A stretch of DNA of 50,574 bases, filler included, from Jimgerdemannia flammicorona (Eukaryota), in NCBI GenBank assembly GCA_003990765.1. It is 2 parts of 2 records of this genome, joined end to end, with 100 filler letters (N's around TTAATTAATTAA, not from the genome) between each part and the next. Parts side by side here need not be neighbours in the genome. Positions count along the whole stretch, not along the records: positions 25,339 to 50,574 come from RBNJ01000865.1; 1 more part is not named here. One strand, written 5' to 3'. The translations under genes were made by a program, and so were the position numbers. Below are positions 49,193-50,574 of this stretch, in pieces. The notes under the pieces were generated by a model that was not told where the DNA came from, did no database searches, and was given only the letters and a program-made list of their open reading frames with translations. How positions within the stretch are numbered: the stretch's first letter is position 1; every line of letters starts with the position of its first letter.

Positions 49193-50367
49193 ATATATTT
49201 CAATATTATTAAATAATAATCTAATAAAGTTTTACTCTTTCTCATAGACTTATCAGTTTATTTAAAAGTAATTGAGACTAATATAAAGAAATATATAAGT
49301 AAGTTTAGTAAAAAAAAAAAAAAAAAAAAAAAAAAGAACAAAGTTTATAATACTTATCTTTAAAATAGATCTTATCATATTTTCTAAGAGTAGTAAAACT
49401 CATATATGTATATATAGAAAGGTCAACCTAGATTATTATCTCAGAAATAGACAATCACAATTACCTAACAGCAGAAAACTTACTGAGACTATTATAAATA
49501 AATATAATAGTAAATCCTAGATGTCTACCAGTGAGTATCCTTTGTGAGTATCCTTTGTGAATTATGACAGAGAAGCTTAAAGGAGAGAGGGAAGATATTC
49601 ATACTGGAATCCTGTAGAGTAGATCTTGGGGGGAATAAAGGGAAAAATGAAGTTCGCCTCTCATTGGAAAATGGACACTATTTACTCCAAAAAAAAAAAA
49701 AAAAAAAAAAAAAAAAACACGTCACGCGAAGAGCGCAACGAACGTCTATTGGTCCATCGGTTCGTCGCAGCAGAGTCGCACATGAATATATTCACGTGTG
49801 TTTCGCTGTGTATCGAAAGGCATTGCACACATAATGATGATCCAGCTTATACGTTTCCACCTGCATGAAACCTTTCAAACTTTGACATCCGTCACCCCGC
49901 TTTTCTGGCTGGGTCGTGTGGGGGTGCCTGGAAAACCCTGGCGATGGGGATTGGGAGGATCTGGAACTTTGGCGACGGCATGTAGCATGTTGGGCAAACA
50001 CATACAGTACAAACGCCAGTGCTGTCATCGATCGAGGGATCGAGGAGGTCGGGAGGCTGTGCTGACGCACCGAGACGACGACGCGCAATGTCGATCTTAT
50101 TCGGTTCTGCGACCAATTTCTGGAGGCCTTTTTATTCAGGTAGAGTTTCTTTACATGCACAAGGGTGAAAATGAGTTTGCTATTGGTGACAAGTGAACAA
50201 AAAATTACATGTGTGGCGGTCCCCAGCTGTTCAGATGTGCGGAGATCAGAGATGTAGGGTGTGTGTTGTATCGGATGGAGTTCTATATCTATCTATAAAT
50301 AGCTCTTGTAGATAATGGGTCATAAATGTCTATGCGAGTGTGGTGGTGTATTATTCTACATGCGGGA

Positions 50368-50454
50368 TTAAATGTCGCTGATCGTCGGTATGGGAACGAT
50401 ACTCAGCTTCTTGACGTAGTCGAAAATCAGGAAGTTGAGGGCGCCGAAGGGAAC
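50368..50454 (-). CDS. Probable last exon of an unidentified host gene (VPFGALNFLIFDYVKKLSIVPIPTISDI*)
   Basis: Pyrimidine-rich acceptor CCTTCCCTCCCTACCAG, C/G-ending codon bias like the fimbrin exons, and a TAA stop. Confidence 0.55.
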   Translation of the reverse strand, partial: VPFGALNFLIFDYVKKLSIVPIPTISDI

Positions 50455-50574
50455 CTGGTAGGGAGGGAAGGCGAAGGACATGAGAAACGGAGGTCGTGAA
50501 TCGAAAATTTCGAATGATCTGCCAACCACGCCCTCCTTCCGCACTCCACCCCTACCATAAAATGCCAAAAAAAA

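Noticed and set aside
49792..50196. Overlapping 74-132 aa ORFs with a CxxCxCxxC stretch
   Set aside because: No recognisable family, splice structure or codon bias.

Overview
Eukaryotic, almost certainly fungal DNA. The fimbrin sequence and intron style suggest an early-diverging or Mucoromycota-like fungus, which is tentative. The window is two contigs joined by an artificial 100-bp spacer (N44-TTAATTAATTAA-N44, 25239-25338), and most of it is nested transposons decayed by C>T/G>A transitions. Host sequences are an intronless secreted astacin-like gene lacking the catalytic Glu (3575-4717, -), five 5' exons of fimbrin (25546-27333, -), a damaged tRNA-Glu-like sequence and a probable terminal exon. 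Mobile elements are a Copia relic, an L1/Tx1-like LINE, two hAT-type MITEs and two related Ty3/Gypsy families, A (476-bp LTRs) and B (about 1.53-kb LTRs). Both Gypsy families carry a Cys/His cluster and a dUTPase between protease and RT. The main result is an unrecognised accessory protein family (QEY..[LI]G..L-x21/22-AK[KR]IH.[LI]F-x6-I..L..V...DF). It occurs as a separate ORF overlapping the integrase stop in A1, fused in frame to integrase in the old copy A2, and as a complete gene of about 270 codons, with its own TATA-like box, inside every B-family LTR. All calls come from manual reading; no searches were run.
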